From the NCBI RefSeq assembly GCF_006345805.1, contig NC_043012.1, positions 52,204,001 to 52,268,000 of the forward strand: 64,000 bases of DNA. The letters run 5' to 3'. A model generated the notes under the pieces. The model had not been told where the DNA came from. It did not search any database and worked only from the letters and a program-made list of their open reading frames with translations. The position numbers were made by a program, and so were the translations under genes. The stretch is from Octopus sinensis. Lineage: Eukaryota. This document shows positions 44,736 to 57,207 of the stretch, piece by piece (position 1 is the first letter of the stretch; every line of letters begins with the position of its first letter).

Positions 44736-44890
44736 TGTGTGTGTATCACTCTCTCTCTCGCTCTTTTTCTGTCTCCCACCCTTCATCCCTCCCAATCTAT
44801 CTATCTGTCCCAAATAAAGGCAGATGCACACACACACACAGACACACACACGCATATATATAATACATATATATATATATTATATATATA

Positions 44891-44921
<31 letters not shown>

Positions 44922-44928
44922 GATGGAT

Positions 44929-44972
<44 letters not shown>

Positions 44973-44981
44973 GGATAGATA

Positions 44982-46210
44982 TGTTTCTTTATTAGCCACA
45001 CAGGGCTGCACACAGATAGAACAAATTACAAGTAGAGCTTTCTTTTGAAGGTTAAAAAAAAAAAGGAAGGGGGATTTCGATCAAAAGGGATCGTAAAAGG
45101 AGAGAAAGAGGACAAAAAAAAGGGGGGTTAAAAAAAGGGGAGAGGAAAAAAAAATTGATCAATAGGGATCGTTATCACAGAAATGTCAATATGAAGTGTG
45201 TAAGGGGAGGACAGGTGAGGTTTACCCGTGGAAAGAAAAGCCTACGGAAAAGGCCACGGTAACTCGGTCAATGGAGTCACATGTTATATTTCTTAATTTT
45301 TTTTTTTTTTTTTTTTTTTTTTTTGCGAATAAGCAACTCTCTGTTTTCAATTTCTGGGTTCATAGGATCATGCTCAAGGTGGCTTCGTCATTCATACGTG
45401 CCATTCTTGCTACATTCACCCATCTTTTTTTAAAACATTCGCTAGACAAAACTTGCCTCTCTACTCTCACTTTCCTTTTCAAGTGGTACTTGAAGAAGTT
45501 GATGAGAGATTGACCAGAGAGGAAAGTGTTTGTCTCCAATCCTTTCAGACGCGTCCACCAGATACATTCTTTCGCCATAGCCACAAGGATGATGAAAATA
45601 GGTCTTCCTTCCCGTTTGAAAGAAGGAGGCGTGACAATATTGACGATAGACTCAGCTGATAAACCGACTCGTCCCACACATGACAGCAGTTGTTCGACAT
45701 AAGCCCACAAGTCGGAAATTGTTGGACACTGCACGAGTGCGTGCAGAACGGTTTCGTCGCTCTGACCGCATCTCGGGCAGGTCGGCCCCGTGTTTCTCGA
45801 GCCGTGTCTGTAGAGCTTATCCCGAACGGGTAGCGCTTCTCGGTAGCACTGCCAGGCCAGGGATCTCTGGAAGTTGTCCATGGGCCCTGGCCCGAAAGTC
45901 GTCCTGAACAGGCGGGTCAGGTACTCCTCGTCGACGTCCAGGTTCGCCCCGAGCTCGTCGTCGTACCTCCCCTCCACTAAACCCCTATAGAATGCTTTGG
46001 TTGTGTTGAAGTCACTCAAGGTCGACCCAGGACGGCAGAGTTGCTTGAGAGCAACGCGACACTCGCGGTGCCATTCGCCCTTCCTCGGCCTCTTTTTGAT
46101 ACACGACTGCAGTTCGGTCATGGAGACGAGCTGCGGGAAAGCGTGCCTCACAAACGGCGACCACACCTGTTCAACGTCGTCTACATAGAGCCAGAGATGT
46201 CTCAGCGCAG
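44982..46210 (-). mobile_element. 5'-truncated Tx1/L1-clade LINE (ORF2 C-terminus plus 3' UTR) within (GATA)n
   Basis: Uninterrupted ORF 45360-46166 with W......LPVRDKL and CCHC zinc finger CPRCGQSDETVLHALVQC, then AKECIWWTR. Pyrimidine-rich 3' UTR ending GGCTAATAAAGAAACA. GC-rich relative to the flanks. Confidence 0.9.
45360..46208 (-). pseudogene. LINE ORF2 C-terminal fragment (zf-RVT region), open frame but 5'-truncated
   Basis: The 268-aa ORF extends upstream (..[18 protein letters not shown]) until the (GATA)n; no endonuclease or RT core. Confidence 0.85.
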
Positions 46211-46238
46211 ATAGATAGATAGAAAGACAGACAGAGAA

Positions 46239-46312
<74 letters not shown>

Positions 46313-46537
46313 GTAGATAGATAGATAGTTAGATTGATAGATAGATAGACAGACAGGCAGATGGATAGATAGATAGATAGATAGATACAGCGAGAGAGAG
46401 TGTGAGAAAGAAAGAGAGACGAAAAGAGATAATATATGGAGAGATATATGTATATGTAGATATGTAATTATTATACAGTGTATATGTATGTATGCATGTA
46501 TGTATGTATGTATGTATATATACATATATATATATAT

Positions 46538-46584
<47 letters not shown>

Positions 46585-46618
46585 AATTATGAATGTATAT
46601 AAGTATGTATTAGCTATG

Positions 46619-46673
<55 letters not shown>

Positions 46674-46830
46674 ATATATATAATATATACATACATACCT
46701 AATACATACATATATACATTCACACATTCATACATATGTACACATTAAACATACATATATAGCCATATATACGATATATTTGTAAAAACGCTAATATATA
46801 TAATTATGAATATGTGTATGTGTGTAATAT

Positions 46831-47045
46831 CTCTTTTACTCTTTTACTTGTTTTAGTCATTTGACTGCGGCCATGCTGGAGCACAGCCTTTAATCGAGCA
46901 ACTCGACCCCGGGACTTATTCTTTGTAAGCCCAGTACTTATTCTATCGGTCTCTTTTGCCGAACCACTAAGTGACGGGGACGTAAACACACCAGCATCGG
47001 TTGTCAAGCAATGCTAGGGGGACAAACACAGACACCCAAACACAT

Positions 47046-47086
<41 letters not shown>

Positions 47087-47242
47087 TACGACAGGCTTCT
47101 TTCAGGTTCCGTCTACCAAATCCACTCACAAGGCATTGGTCGGCCCGGGGCTATAGCAGAAGACACTTGCCCAAGATGCCACGCAGTGGGACTGAACCCG
47201 GAACCATGTGGTTGGTTAGCAAGCTACTTACCACACAGCCAC
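46831..47242 (-). mobile_element. SINE family B
   Basis: Near-identical to 6607-7023. Confidence 0.88.
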
Positions 47243-47268
47243 ATATATGTAGATATATATATATATAG

Positions 47269-47333
<65 letters not shown>

Positions 47334-47350
47334 TTATATATATATATATC

Positions 47351-47383
<33 letters not shown>

Positions 47384-47447
47384 ACATAATATATATAAAT
47401 ATATGTATGTATGTGTATACACACACACACTATATATATATATATAT

Positions 47448-47484
<37 letters not shown>

Positions 47485-48297
47485 CACACGCACACACACA
47501 TAGACCGACATAAATATGCATATATGTGCACGGATATCTGTATGTGTGTGTGTCTGCTTGCGTGTGTGTGTGAGTTTGCGTTTTTGTGTGTATGTATGTA
47601 GTTACCGTTTTGCGTAATATTAATATTGATTGCTTATTTTAGTATAGTTTTTTTTTTTGCTTATATTCTTTATACATTTGTTAGTCTTTGTATTTATTTA
47701 TTTAGTTATTTAGTTATTTTTGTATTCATCTTTTGCAAGTATTTATCAACAATCATGAAATGCTGTGCTTAAAATTCATGTGAATGTGACAAATTGCCTC
47801 AAATCCATATTCTTCCAGTTATTTATTTTAATATACATTTTTTCGTTTTTTTATATACACTGTTTCTATTTTTGTTTGTCTTTGGATTTTTGTATGGTGG
47901 TTTTGTTTAGAGTTTATTCATATTTTTATCGTGTTTATTTTTTGTTTTTTTTTTGCTATAGTTTCCAGTTCATGTAAAACTAATTAGGTTCCAGCGAAAG
48001 GAGAGGGCTGTCGGTGGGGCGGCGTAAAGTGACGACATTGCTTGTGAGCTTCTTCGACAATTTTCTCTCTATTTTCTCTGGCTTGCCAGGCTCACCTCTA
48101 TATCTCTCCAAGTTCGCACGTTGTGCACACACGCACGCTTGTGCACAGGGGCGCTCACGCAAGGGGAAGCCGACATACGATGTAGAAAGGATATATACAT
48201 ATATATGTGTGCCTCTGTGTGTGTCTGTGTGTGTAGTGTGTGTGTATTTACAGATAAATAGATAGATGTAATGATGGATTGATAGATAGATACACAT

Positions 48298-48331
<34 letters not shown>

Positions 48332-48391
48332 GCTTCTGTATGTGTTTTACATATATGGATATATGGTGCATGTATGTGCGTATTCATATAG

Positions 48392-48439
<48 letters not shown>

Positions 48440-48552
48440 ATAGATAAATAGATAGTTGGAAGGATGGATAGATAGACAAATAAATAGAAAGATAGGTACA
48501 TACATATATACATACGTATATATATATATATATATATATCCATATATACACA

Positions 48553-48607
<55 letters not shown>

Positions 48608-48890
48608 CGTACATATATATATATATCTATATATATATATATATTATACATACATACATATATATATGCTTCGTGTGTGTTTTACATATATGGATGTATG
48701 GTGCATGCGTGTCGGTATTCATATAGATGTGTATATATGTGTGTCTGTGTGTGTGTGTGTGTCATTATATACGTATCTATTCATACTTGCATATAAACGT
48801 ATATATGCATACATATATGTGCGTACATATGTTTGTTTATAAAAGCGTGTATATGTCCATATTTGTCAGTGTATGTGTGTGTATTTATAT

Positions 48891-49298
48891 TGGTGAGAAG
48901 CTTGCTTCCCAACCACATGCTTCCGGGTTCGATCCCACAGCGATGCATGTTGGGCAAGTGTATAGTACTATATCCTCGGGTAGAGCAAAGCCTTGGGAAT
49001 GGACTTGGCAGGCGGAAACTGAAGGAAACCCGTCGTATATATACATATGTATGTGTCAGTGCGTGTGTGTGTGTGTATGTGTGTGTGTGTGTGTGTGTAT
49101 TTGTGCGACTATGTTCGTTCCTTCCACCATCGCTTGACTGCCGATGTTGGACTGTTTACGTCCCCGTAACTTAGCAGTTCGGCAATGGAACCGATAGAAT
49201 AAGTACTAAGCTTACAAAGAATGACCTGAGGTGGATTCGTTCGACTAAAGCCGGTGCTTCAGCTTGGCTGTAATCAAAGGCTGAAACAAGTAAAAGAG
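48891..49298 (+). mobile_element. SINE family B, diverged
   Basis: GGGTTCGATCCC B-box, TTGGGCAAGTG, internal (TG)n and GCTGAAACAAGTAAAAGAG end. Confidence 0.8.
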
Positions 49299-49368
49299 CA
49301 TCTGTGTGTATATATACATACATAATACACATATACAATATATTATATATATATATATATATATAATA

Positions 49369-49400
<32 letters not shown>

Positions 49401-49511
49401 TGGTGTGTAGTATGTATTTATGTATAGATATATATAAGTGAGTGTGTGTAAATATATATTCACACACACACAGAAAAACATTATTTATGTATATATAAAT
49501 AGATAGATATG

Positions 49512-49560
<49 letters not shown>

Positions 49561-49590
49561 TATATATATATAATATATAATATATATACA

Positions 49591-49637
<47 letters not shown>

Positions 49638-49652
49638 TATATATATATTATT

Positions 49653-49767
<115 letters not shown>

Positions 49768-50089
49768 ATAATATATATTCCTGTCTCCCCTCTATCTTTC
49801 TGCATCTTGTTCTTTAATTGTATTCATTATTCATATTTTGTTTACACAAATAAATATTCTCCCACTCCGTCTGTCTTTCAGCAGTTACATATATCTCTCT
49901 CTTTGTTTGCTAACATCACCTTCTCCCATCCTCACACACTCTTCCTCTACCCCTTTCTATCTCTCACTCTCTCTGTCAGTATCCTTGCATATCTCTCCCG
50001 TCTGTCACACTCTCTATCTTTCACTATTTCTATATATATATATACACACACACACACATATATATACATATGCATAGTTATATGTGTGC

Positions 50090-50126
<37 letters not shown>

Positions 50127-50344
50127 GATATATATATATATATACATTCATGTATATATATAGTTGTGTGTGTATTATTGAATGCATATATATATTATAC
50201 TACATATATCAATCTCCATCTCTGTCTACGTATATATTTATATATATACATACATATGTACATATATATAAATATAAATAAATATATGATGATATACATA
50301 CATATATATATAAATATACATATATATATACATATATATCTACA

Positions 50345-50416
<72 letters not shown>

Positions 50417-51045
50417 TAGATATAGATATAGATATCCAAATACGCAAATGCATATACATTCAGACATCCATATACATTCCTACATACATACATCCATAAA
50501 TACATATTTCTAACTTTTTCACAGCATGAATGTTTGTCTCTAAAATCAATCTTACACGTTACTTGTGCATATAATATCATAATATTATTTATATTTTGTT
50601 CTAACATATATCAAATCTATTTTTCTCTCCTTGAATAATTTCCAAGATTCGTTTGGAAAATATCGTGAATTTCTCAAAGCATCCAAATTCATATGAGTTT
50701 CCGGGAATGATATGCCGGATAATTCACAAAATGTAATACAAATTATAAAAAAATATGTGGAAAAAGAAAGAATGTTAAAAAAATAAGAGGGAATGTGCAG
50801 GAAAAAAAAGAAGAAGCCATATTGTAGATTATAATAAATGATGTAAGTTATATATTCTAAAAGAATTTCTATCAAAGTAACTTGCGTTTAATTTTATGAA
50901 ATATATAGCAATAATGAAAGAAAAAAAATTCCTATCTGTCTGTCTCTCTACATACATATGAATGTATTAGTTTTAGACTCTTATCTTTCTCGATGTAAAG
51001 ATATATGCGTGAGCGCACGTGTATGTCTTCAACGTGTGTGTGTGA

Positions 51046-51091
<46 letters not shown>

Positions 51092-51092
51092 T

Positions 51093-51124
<32 letters not shown>

Positions 51125-51204
51125 CATAGATACATAGATACATAGATACATAGATACATAGATTGATAGATAGATAATTAGATAGATAAATAGATAGATA
51201 GATC

Positions 51205-51238
<34 letters not shown>

Positions 51239-51291
51239 CATACAGTTAGATAGGCAGGTAGATAGATACACACATGCATACATATTCACAC

Positions 51292-51404
<113 letters not shown>

Positions 51405-51993
51405 TGAATATGCATATGGATCTACAAGTATATAAAATACACTCAAATATATAAGATTAATATTTCAGAAATGCAGATATTCGTCTATAGGAATATTTAT
51501 ATATATATATAAATGCTTCTTGTACGTTAAACGCATACATATGCGCCTGCACGCGCATGCGTGCGCCTCAACGGACACTTGAACGCGTATACATACGTAC
51601 ACATACACGCCGGCACACAATCACACAGATAGCACATACGTAAACACACACACCCACACAGCTCTTGTATTTAACGAGAACTTTCTAGACTAGGTTTAAT
51701 GAAAGCAATGCTTCATATTAAACAAAGATCTTTGTCTCATGCCTTGCTGTAAATATTAGTTAAATCATCTTTAATCCACACTCATCTTTAATCACATCTT
51801 TAAAACAACAGAACAAGACAGATACTCCTTGACTGAATAAAAGGTGTGATGATACGGTTGGAATGCCTTCGATACTAGATCTTATTATTCATAACTCATT
51901 TGAGATCCCAGAATAACTCGTATTTCTAGCATGAGCAGCTGAACAAGAGAGAAAAATTTTAGACTTAACCCAGCTTAATTCTTTTTGAGGAAA

Positions 51994-52215
51994 GTTCAAA
52001 ATAAAATATTCTGGCACAAGGCCAGACATTTTGGCTGAAGGAGGTAGTCGAGTTTATCGACCTCAGTATGTACCTGGTACTTATTTTCATCGACCCCGCA
52101 AGGATGAAAGGCAAAGTCAACCCAACCACTAATTTGAACACAGAACGTAGCACCAAACGAAATACCTATCTCTTTATTGCCCACAAAGACGGGACGAACA
52201 AGGACAGACCAACGC
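51994..52215 (-). mobile_element. SINE family A composite (tail-1 remnant joined to a truncated family A body)
   Basis: Junction AATAAAGAGATAG|GTATTTCGT on minus, the same as at 33811. Confidence 0.75.
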
Positions 52216-52344
52216 CATAGAAAAGTTCAATATAAATGATATTCGCCATGTTATATTATCTAACCATTTGAATCATAAAACTGTTCCTTCATTAGAAGGG
52301 ATCCTGCACACGCTGAACTGAGTCTTCGACACAACTATCTTTTA

Positions 52345-53033
52345 TCTCTTTCATGTGTTTCAGTCATTTGACTGCGACCATGCTGGGGTACCGCTTTGAG
52401 GAATTTCCTACAAACAAATCGAACAAAGAATTTTTTAAAAATTTCTTACGTAGTTTACTTAATATATCAACCTCGTTTGCCGAACAGTTAAGTTACATGA
52501 CGTAAACACCAATTGTCAAACGTTGGTGGGGACAAATGCAGACATACACACACACACACGCGCACACACACGTACGCACATACACACACATACACACACA
52601 CACATATATATATACACATATATATGTATACTGCGGACTTAGTTTATGTCTACCTAATCCACTCACTGTGGAGGCGCCTGGCTTAGTGTTTAGGGTGTCA
52701 GCATCATGATTGTTAGATTGTGGTTTCGATTCCTGGACCGGGCGACGCGTTGTGTTCTTGAGCAAATCACTTCATTTCACGTTGCTCCAGTCCACTTAGC
52801 TGGCGAAATTGAGTGACGCTGCGATGGACTGGCGTCCCGTCCAGCTGGAGAACACATACGCCATAGAAACCGGGAAACCGGGCCCATGAGCCTGACTAGG
52901 CTTTAAAAGGGCGCATTTATTTAATTTAATCCATTCACTAGGCTTTGGTCTGCTCTAAGCTGTAGTAGAAGACACCTGTGACAGGTGCCTCGCAGTGAAA
53001 TTGAACGCGCACTATGTAGCCATGCTTCCGCCT
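52345..53033 (-). mobile_element. SINE family B, diverged, host of a nested SINE
   Basis: TGTTTCAGTCATTTGACTGCG start and CATGCTTCCGCCT end; split at 52667/52927. Confidence 0.75.
52668..52926 (+). mobile_element. tRNA-derived CORE-like SINE (family D-related) nested in family B with 13-bp TSD
   Basis: A-box TGGCTTAGTG, B-box GTTTCGATTCC and TGTTCTTGAGCAAATCACTT. TAATCCAYTCACT at 52655-52667 and 52927-52939. Confidence 0.88.
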
Positions 53034-53242
53034 ATAAATTCTGGATTAACGACACTTCAATTAGAGAAAATTTTGAACTATTAACTTAAAATAGCAAATA
53101 CTGCGACCGATTTAAAGGAATGATTAGCAGCTGAGAAGATTAGAAGTGATGATTTTCTTTGACAAATCTTAAAATACAAAAATTAAACTAAAAAGAAAAT
53201 TTAGTTTATCACGATGACTAATATTTTATTTCTGATGCTAGA

Positions 53243-53426
53243 CCAGGTGTCGCTGTGTAGTAAAACATGGTTCTTTATTTAATCCCACCGTATGGGACTT
53301 TAAGGAAGTGTCTTCTAGTATAGCCTCGAGGCTACAGTTGAGGCCTAATGTGCCACGCAGTAGCACTGAACCCGGAACAAAGTGGTTGTGAAGCAAGCTT
53401 CTTACCACACAGCCATGCTTGCGCCT
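53243..53426. mobile_element. Two family B heads fused in inverted orientation
   Basis: A plus-strand head remnant and a minus-strand head meet at the perfect palindrome TAGCCTCGAGGCTA (53321-53334). Confidence 0.65.
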
Positions 53427-54052
53427 ATTAGTTTATATTGCTTAAAAGTTTCACAAAACTTTATCAATTTATAAAAATAAAGACATTATTAATTTGCAAC
53501 ATTGGTAATTGAATGGTTGTAATTGATTGAACATAATTTGGCATGTTAGAGGTATTTACTCTATCAACCTCTGAATGATAAATGACAACATTAGAATTGA
53601 CGGCGATTGTCGATGGTTAAATTTTGCCTCTGACAACTTGGTTTCAAAATTTACTGTCAGTAAATTATGATTTCTGATTTGGTTACATGGCCACTCAGTT
53701 TGTTGACACGATACCGTAGATTCTTCACCATTCTTCACTCACCACAATAATGAACAAAAAAGTTACAATATTACTATGCTTTTTCAAACATTTTTGAAGC
53801 TCTGAGTTTATTTATAGGGATATTTTTAATACAATAAACTTTAACACATGTATATGACTGTAAAATATGTACTAGGTTGTCAAGTCAACATAGCACACAA
53901 TGATATCAAAAACTGATGACATATTTTTTGTAAGGGTGTGACACAAACTTCCGTCACCTTATCTAATCAACTCAACTTATTCATGCATATACAGCCTACA
54001 AAACCTACTTTCATTTCCTGCCATTTCCAGATAGATGCTATTCTACTCTTCC

Positions 54053-54305
54053 TTTGTTTACATTATTTACAACTGACGGATATTTGTCTTCATTTTGTTT
54101 GTTGTTAAAACAACTTTTCGGCTGATATACCCTCCAGCCTCCATCAGGTGTTTTGGGGAAATTTCGAACTTGGGTTCTCATTCCTAAGGTATTTTTCGAT
54201 ATTGATATCATTATTATTATTATTATTATTCAGGTCTCTGCCTGGAATCGAACTCGGGATCTTGGAGTTAGTAGCCCGCGCTCTTAACCAAGACGCCATG
54301 TGCCC
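54053..54305 (-). mobile_element. SINE family H: complete tRNA-like head + (AAT)n + hammerhead-bearing tail
   Basis: Minus strand reads GGGCACATGGCGTCTTGGTTAAGAGCGCGGGCTACTAACTCCAAGATCCCGAGTTCGATTCC (A and B boxes), (AAT)n, then ACAC-CTGATGG-A-GGCTG..CAGCC-GAAAAGTT (mutated hammerhead). Confidence 0.85.
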
Positions 54306-54544
54306 ATTCTTATATCGGCACCCTAGAAAACTGGATTTAAGCAAAAAAGCAATCTACAATACCACTATTTTCGTTATTATGAACGAAATAAAAATAAAAT
54401 TAAGAAGAAAAAGACAGGAATCAAATATGAATCATTCTGCACGCTGATAGGTACAGGAAACATAATTTATTTGTTATGCCTCAATAACATCTGATCTAAA
54501 TATATTAGATTTAAAACAATGTAAGTGCTATATCGGGTCTTAGT

Positions 54545-54735
54545 ACTCACAGGGCCAGTTACCCGATATCCTTGGTATTCAAGTGATCGAGATCATATCA
54601 CCACCCCTGAACACGATGCCGTCTATCCCCAGGGCCTTACTCATTTACAGCTGAGTGAACTGAAGTAACGGGAAATGAAGTGTTTTGCTCATGAACTCCA
54701 AGCCTAGTTCTGGAATCGAAACCCCGATTTCTTGC
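54545..54735 (-). mobile_element. CORE-like SINE (family D-related), degenerate
   Basis: CTCATTTACAGCTGAGTGAACTG...GTGTTTTGCTCA...GGAATCGAAACC. Confidence 0.7.
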
Positions 54736-54747
54736 CTTCACAACATA

Positions 54748-54960
54748 TTGGTTTCAAAAGTTGGCACAATGCTAGCAGGGCTTTTTTTTGCGGCGAGTAG
54801 GGGGGAATTGATTAAATCGAACTTAGTGTTCAATTATTATTAATTTCATCGATCCCCGAAAGTTAACTTCGCTGGAATTTAAACTTGATGCGTAAAGACG
54901 GACGAAAAGCCGCACTGGATTCTGCTCCGCGTGCTAACGATTCAGCCAACTCGACGCCTT
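54748..54960 (-). mobile_element. SINE family A (tail type 3), degenerate
   Basis: GGTTTCAAAAGTTGGCACAA tail and GCTAACGATTCAGCCAACTCGACGCC head. Confidence 0.65.
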
Positions 54961-55508
54961 GCACTTGCACAATATATTATACAGAGATTAATAAAAAAAA
55001 AAGCAATGTAAAAAGCCCCTCTCACACTCACGCCTATCTGAAATACATACAGTAACAAACGTAGTTCATGACTTGGTTAAATTTCATTACTTTGACCATG
55101 GATCATGAAAACAAAATCTGTGATTTTATTAACATTTGGATCAAGTGCCGTGCCCGATTTAAGAATAGTAGGGTTACTGTCCTACAAAAGTTGTTTTTTC
55201 TCTTCGAAGCATTGTAAAGCTGTAATCGTCATTTACGTATGCTTTGTCCTGCTCAACATTAGCAAAGATTTCTCTGCAACAAAATGCAATTATGAAACAA
55301 TAAGGGTGTTTCGTAGACCTGTACAAAAAAAGAGAATATCTAGAAAAATGAAAGTCATTCACAAAAATGTAATCTTTGAAAAAAACATGTGAGAAAACCT
55401 TGTTCACGGTTTAGTCACACTTGGTCTTAGTTTTAATGTACCAGTCTTAATCTGGCGCTAAACGGAGATAACAACAGACAGTTACATTACAAACTTTCAT
55501 TACTAATA

Positions 55509-56731
55509 CGAGGGGCGTTCAAAAAGTAATGCCCCTGACCCACTTGCAGTTGTTTGATCTAGCTGAAATTTTGCATGTGCACTAATTGTGGTTTCTGATT
55601 TACAGGTGTTTGAACTGAGTCAAGTGTGAAATGGAGCCTGTTGAGTGTCGCGCAGTGATCCGGTTTTTGTATTTGAAAGGACGCACACCACGGGAGACTT
55701 TTGATGAAATAAAAGTAACTTATGGTGATGATGCCCCATCATATGACCTTGTAAAACGCTGGCATTGTGAATTCAAACATAGTCGGAACTCTGTGGAAAC
55801 AGCTCCCAGATCTGGTCGCCCCCTTCTGCCGTTGATGAGACGTCTGTCCGTCAAGTTGAGGCTGCCATTTTGGAAGGTCAACGCATAACTATTCGCTAAA
55901 TAGACCATAAGGTCAAGATTAGTACCGGGTCTGTGGAAACTATCATTCATGACCATTTGCATATGCAAAAGGTGTCTGCCAGATGGATTTCCAGGTTGCT
56001 CACACCTTTCCAGAAGCAAGAACGCGTTGAGTGCTCGAGGATGAATTTGGAGAGTGCCAAGAAGATGAGTCAAAATTTTTCAAAAGACTGATCACACAGG
56101 ATAAAACCTGGGTCCATCACTATGATCCATAGACCAAAGCCCAGTCAATGCAGTGAAAGCACCGTGACTCACCTCCTCCAAAGAATGCAAGGGTGCAGCC
56201 CTCCGCTGACAAGGTTATGCTCACAGTCTTCTGGGACCAGGGCGGAGTAGTGATGACAGAATTCCTGGCAAAGGGTACCACAATTACAGGAGTCTATTAT
56301 GCTTCACTTTTGAGGAAATTAAGAGAAGCTATCAAAATCAAGAGGCGGGGCAAGATCAGCAAATGCATCCTCCTCCTGCAGGACCACGCTCCGGTCCACA
56401 ACTCGCGTGTCGCCAGATCAGAAGCACAGGCGTGCAGCTATGAACTCCTCCCCTTGCACCCTCTGATTTTCACCTCTTCCCAGCCATGAAGTTGATTTTG
56501 AAAGGAAAGCGCTTCCCAGATGATGCAGCCTTGATTTCTGAAGTCACGTCGTGGTTGGAGGACCAAGCTGGGGTCTTCTACAAAAACGGTCTCCAGAGCT
56601 GTATCAAACGATGGAGAAATGCATAACTCTGGGTAGTTCCTATGTAGGAAAAGACTAATAACTGTGCCAAGTGTCGTTGCTCTACTGCTATGGGAAGTGG
56701 GTCAGGGGCATTACTTATTGAACGCCCCTCG
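55509..56731 (+). mobile_element. Near full-length mariner transposon, inactive
   Basis: TIRs CGAGGGGCGTTCAAAAAGTAATGCCCCTGACCCACTT / AAGTGGGTCAGGGGCATTACTTATTGAACGCCCCTCG with TA on both sides; 1223 bp. Confidence 0.96.
55631..56658 (+). pseudogene. Mariner transposase pseudogene
   Basis: MEPVECRAVIRFL..PRSGRP, WISRLLT (WVPRLLT motif), ITQDKTWVHHYDP*, KVMLTVFWD, LLQDHAPVH and LAPSDFHLF; stops, frameshifts and a small deletion. Confidence 0.93.
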
Positions 56732-56865
56732 TACATTACTAATATATTACTAATCCTCATCAGTTATCGGTCAGAGGGTCAAACGCAATTTCACGCCTTC
56801 GACGAAAATGTTGAATCCCTCTGATAGCGCGGACGGCTTCTTGCCGCCGGTTAAATGGTAATCAA

Positions 56866-56945
56866 GGAACAAGGGACAAAACAGTACAGCAAATGGACAA
56901 ACAAAGAACAAGGAACAAAACCGTACAGCAAATGGACAAACAAGA
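56866..56945. repeat. Two-copy ~39-bp tandem duplication
   Basis: GAACAAGG(G/A)ACAAAAC(A/C)GTACAGCAAATGGACAAACAA twice. Confidence 0.85.
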
Positions 56946-57145
56946 ATTAAGCAACTATGCAATACAGAAAGTGAACTTACAAATAGGAGATATATGTAAT
57001 TCAAGACGAGACAGAGACAATATATACATATTTTGATATATATAGAGAGAGAGGGAGAGAGAGGGGGAGAGCGACGGACACACAGAGACAGAGAGACATA
57101 TCACAACAGAGGTAATGCATTGCCCTGATGAAATGTTACTGCCCG

Positions 57146-57176
57146 CTACTACCACTACTACTACTACTACTACTAC

Positions 57177-57207
<31 letters not shown>

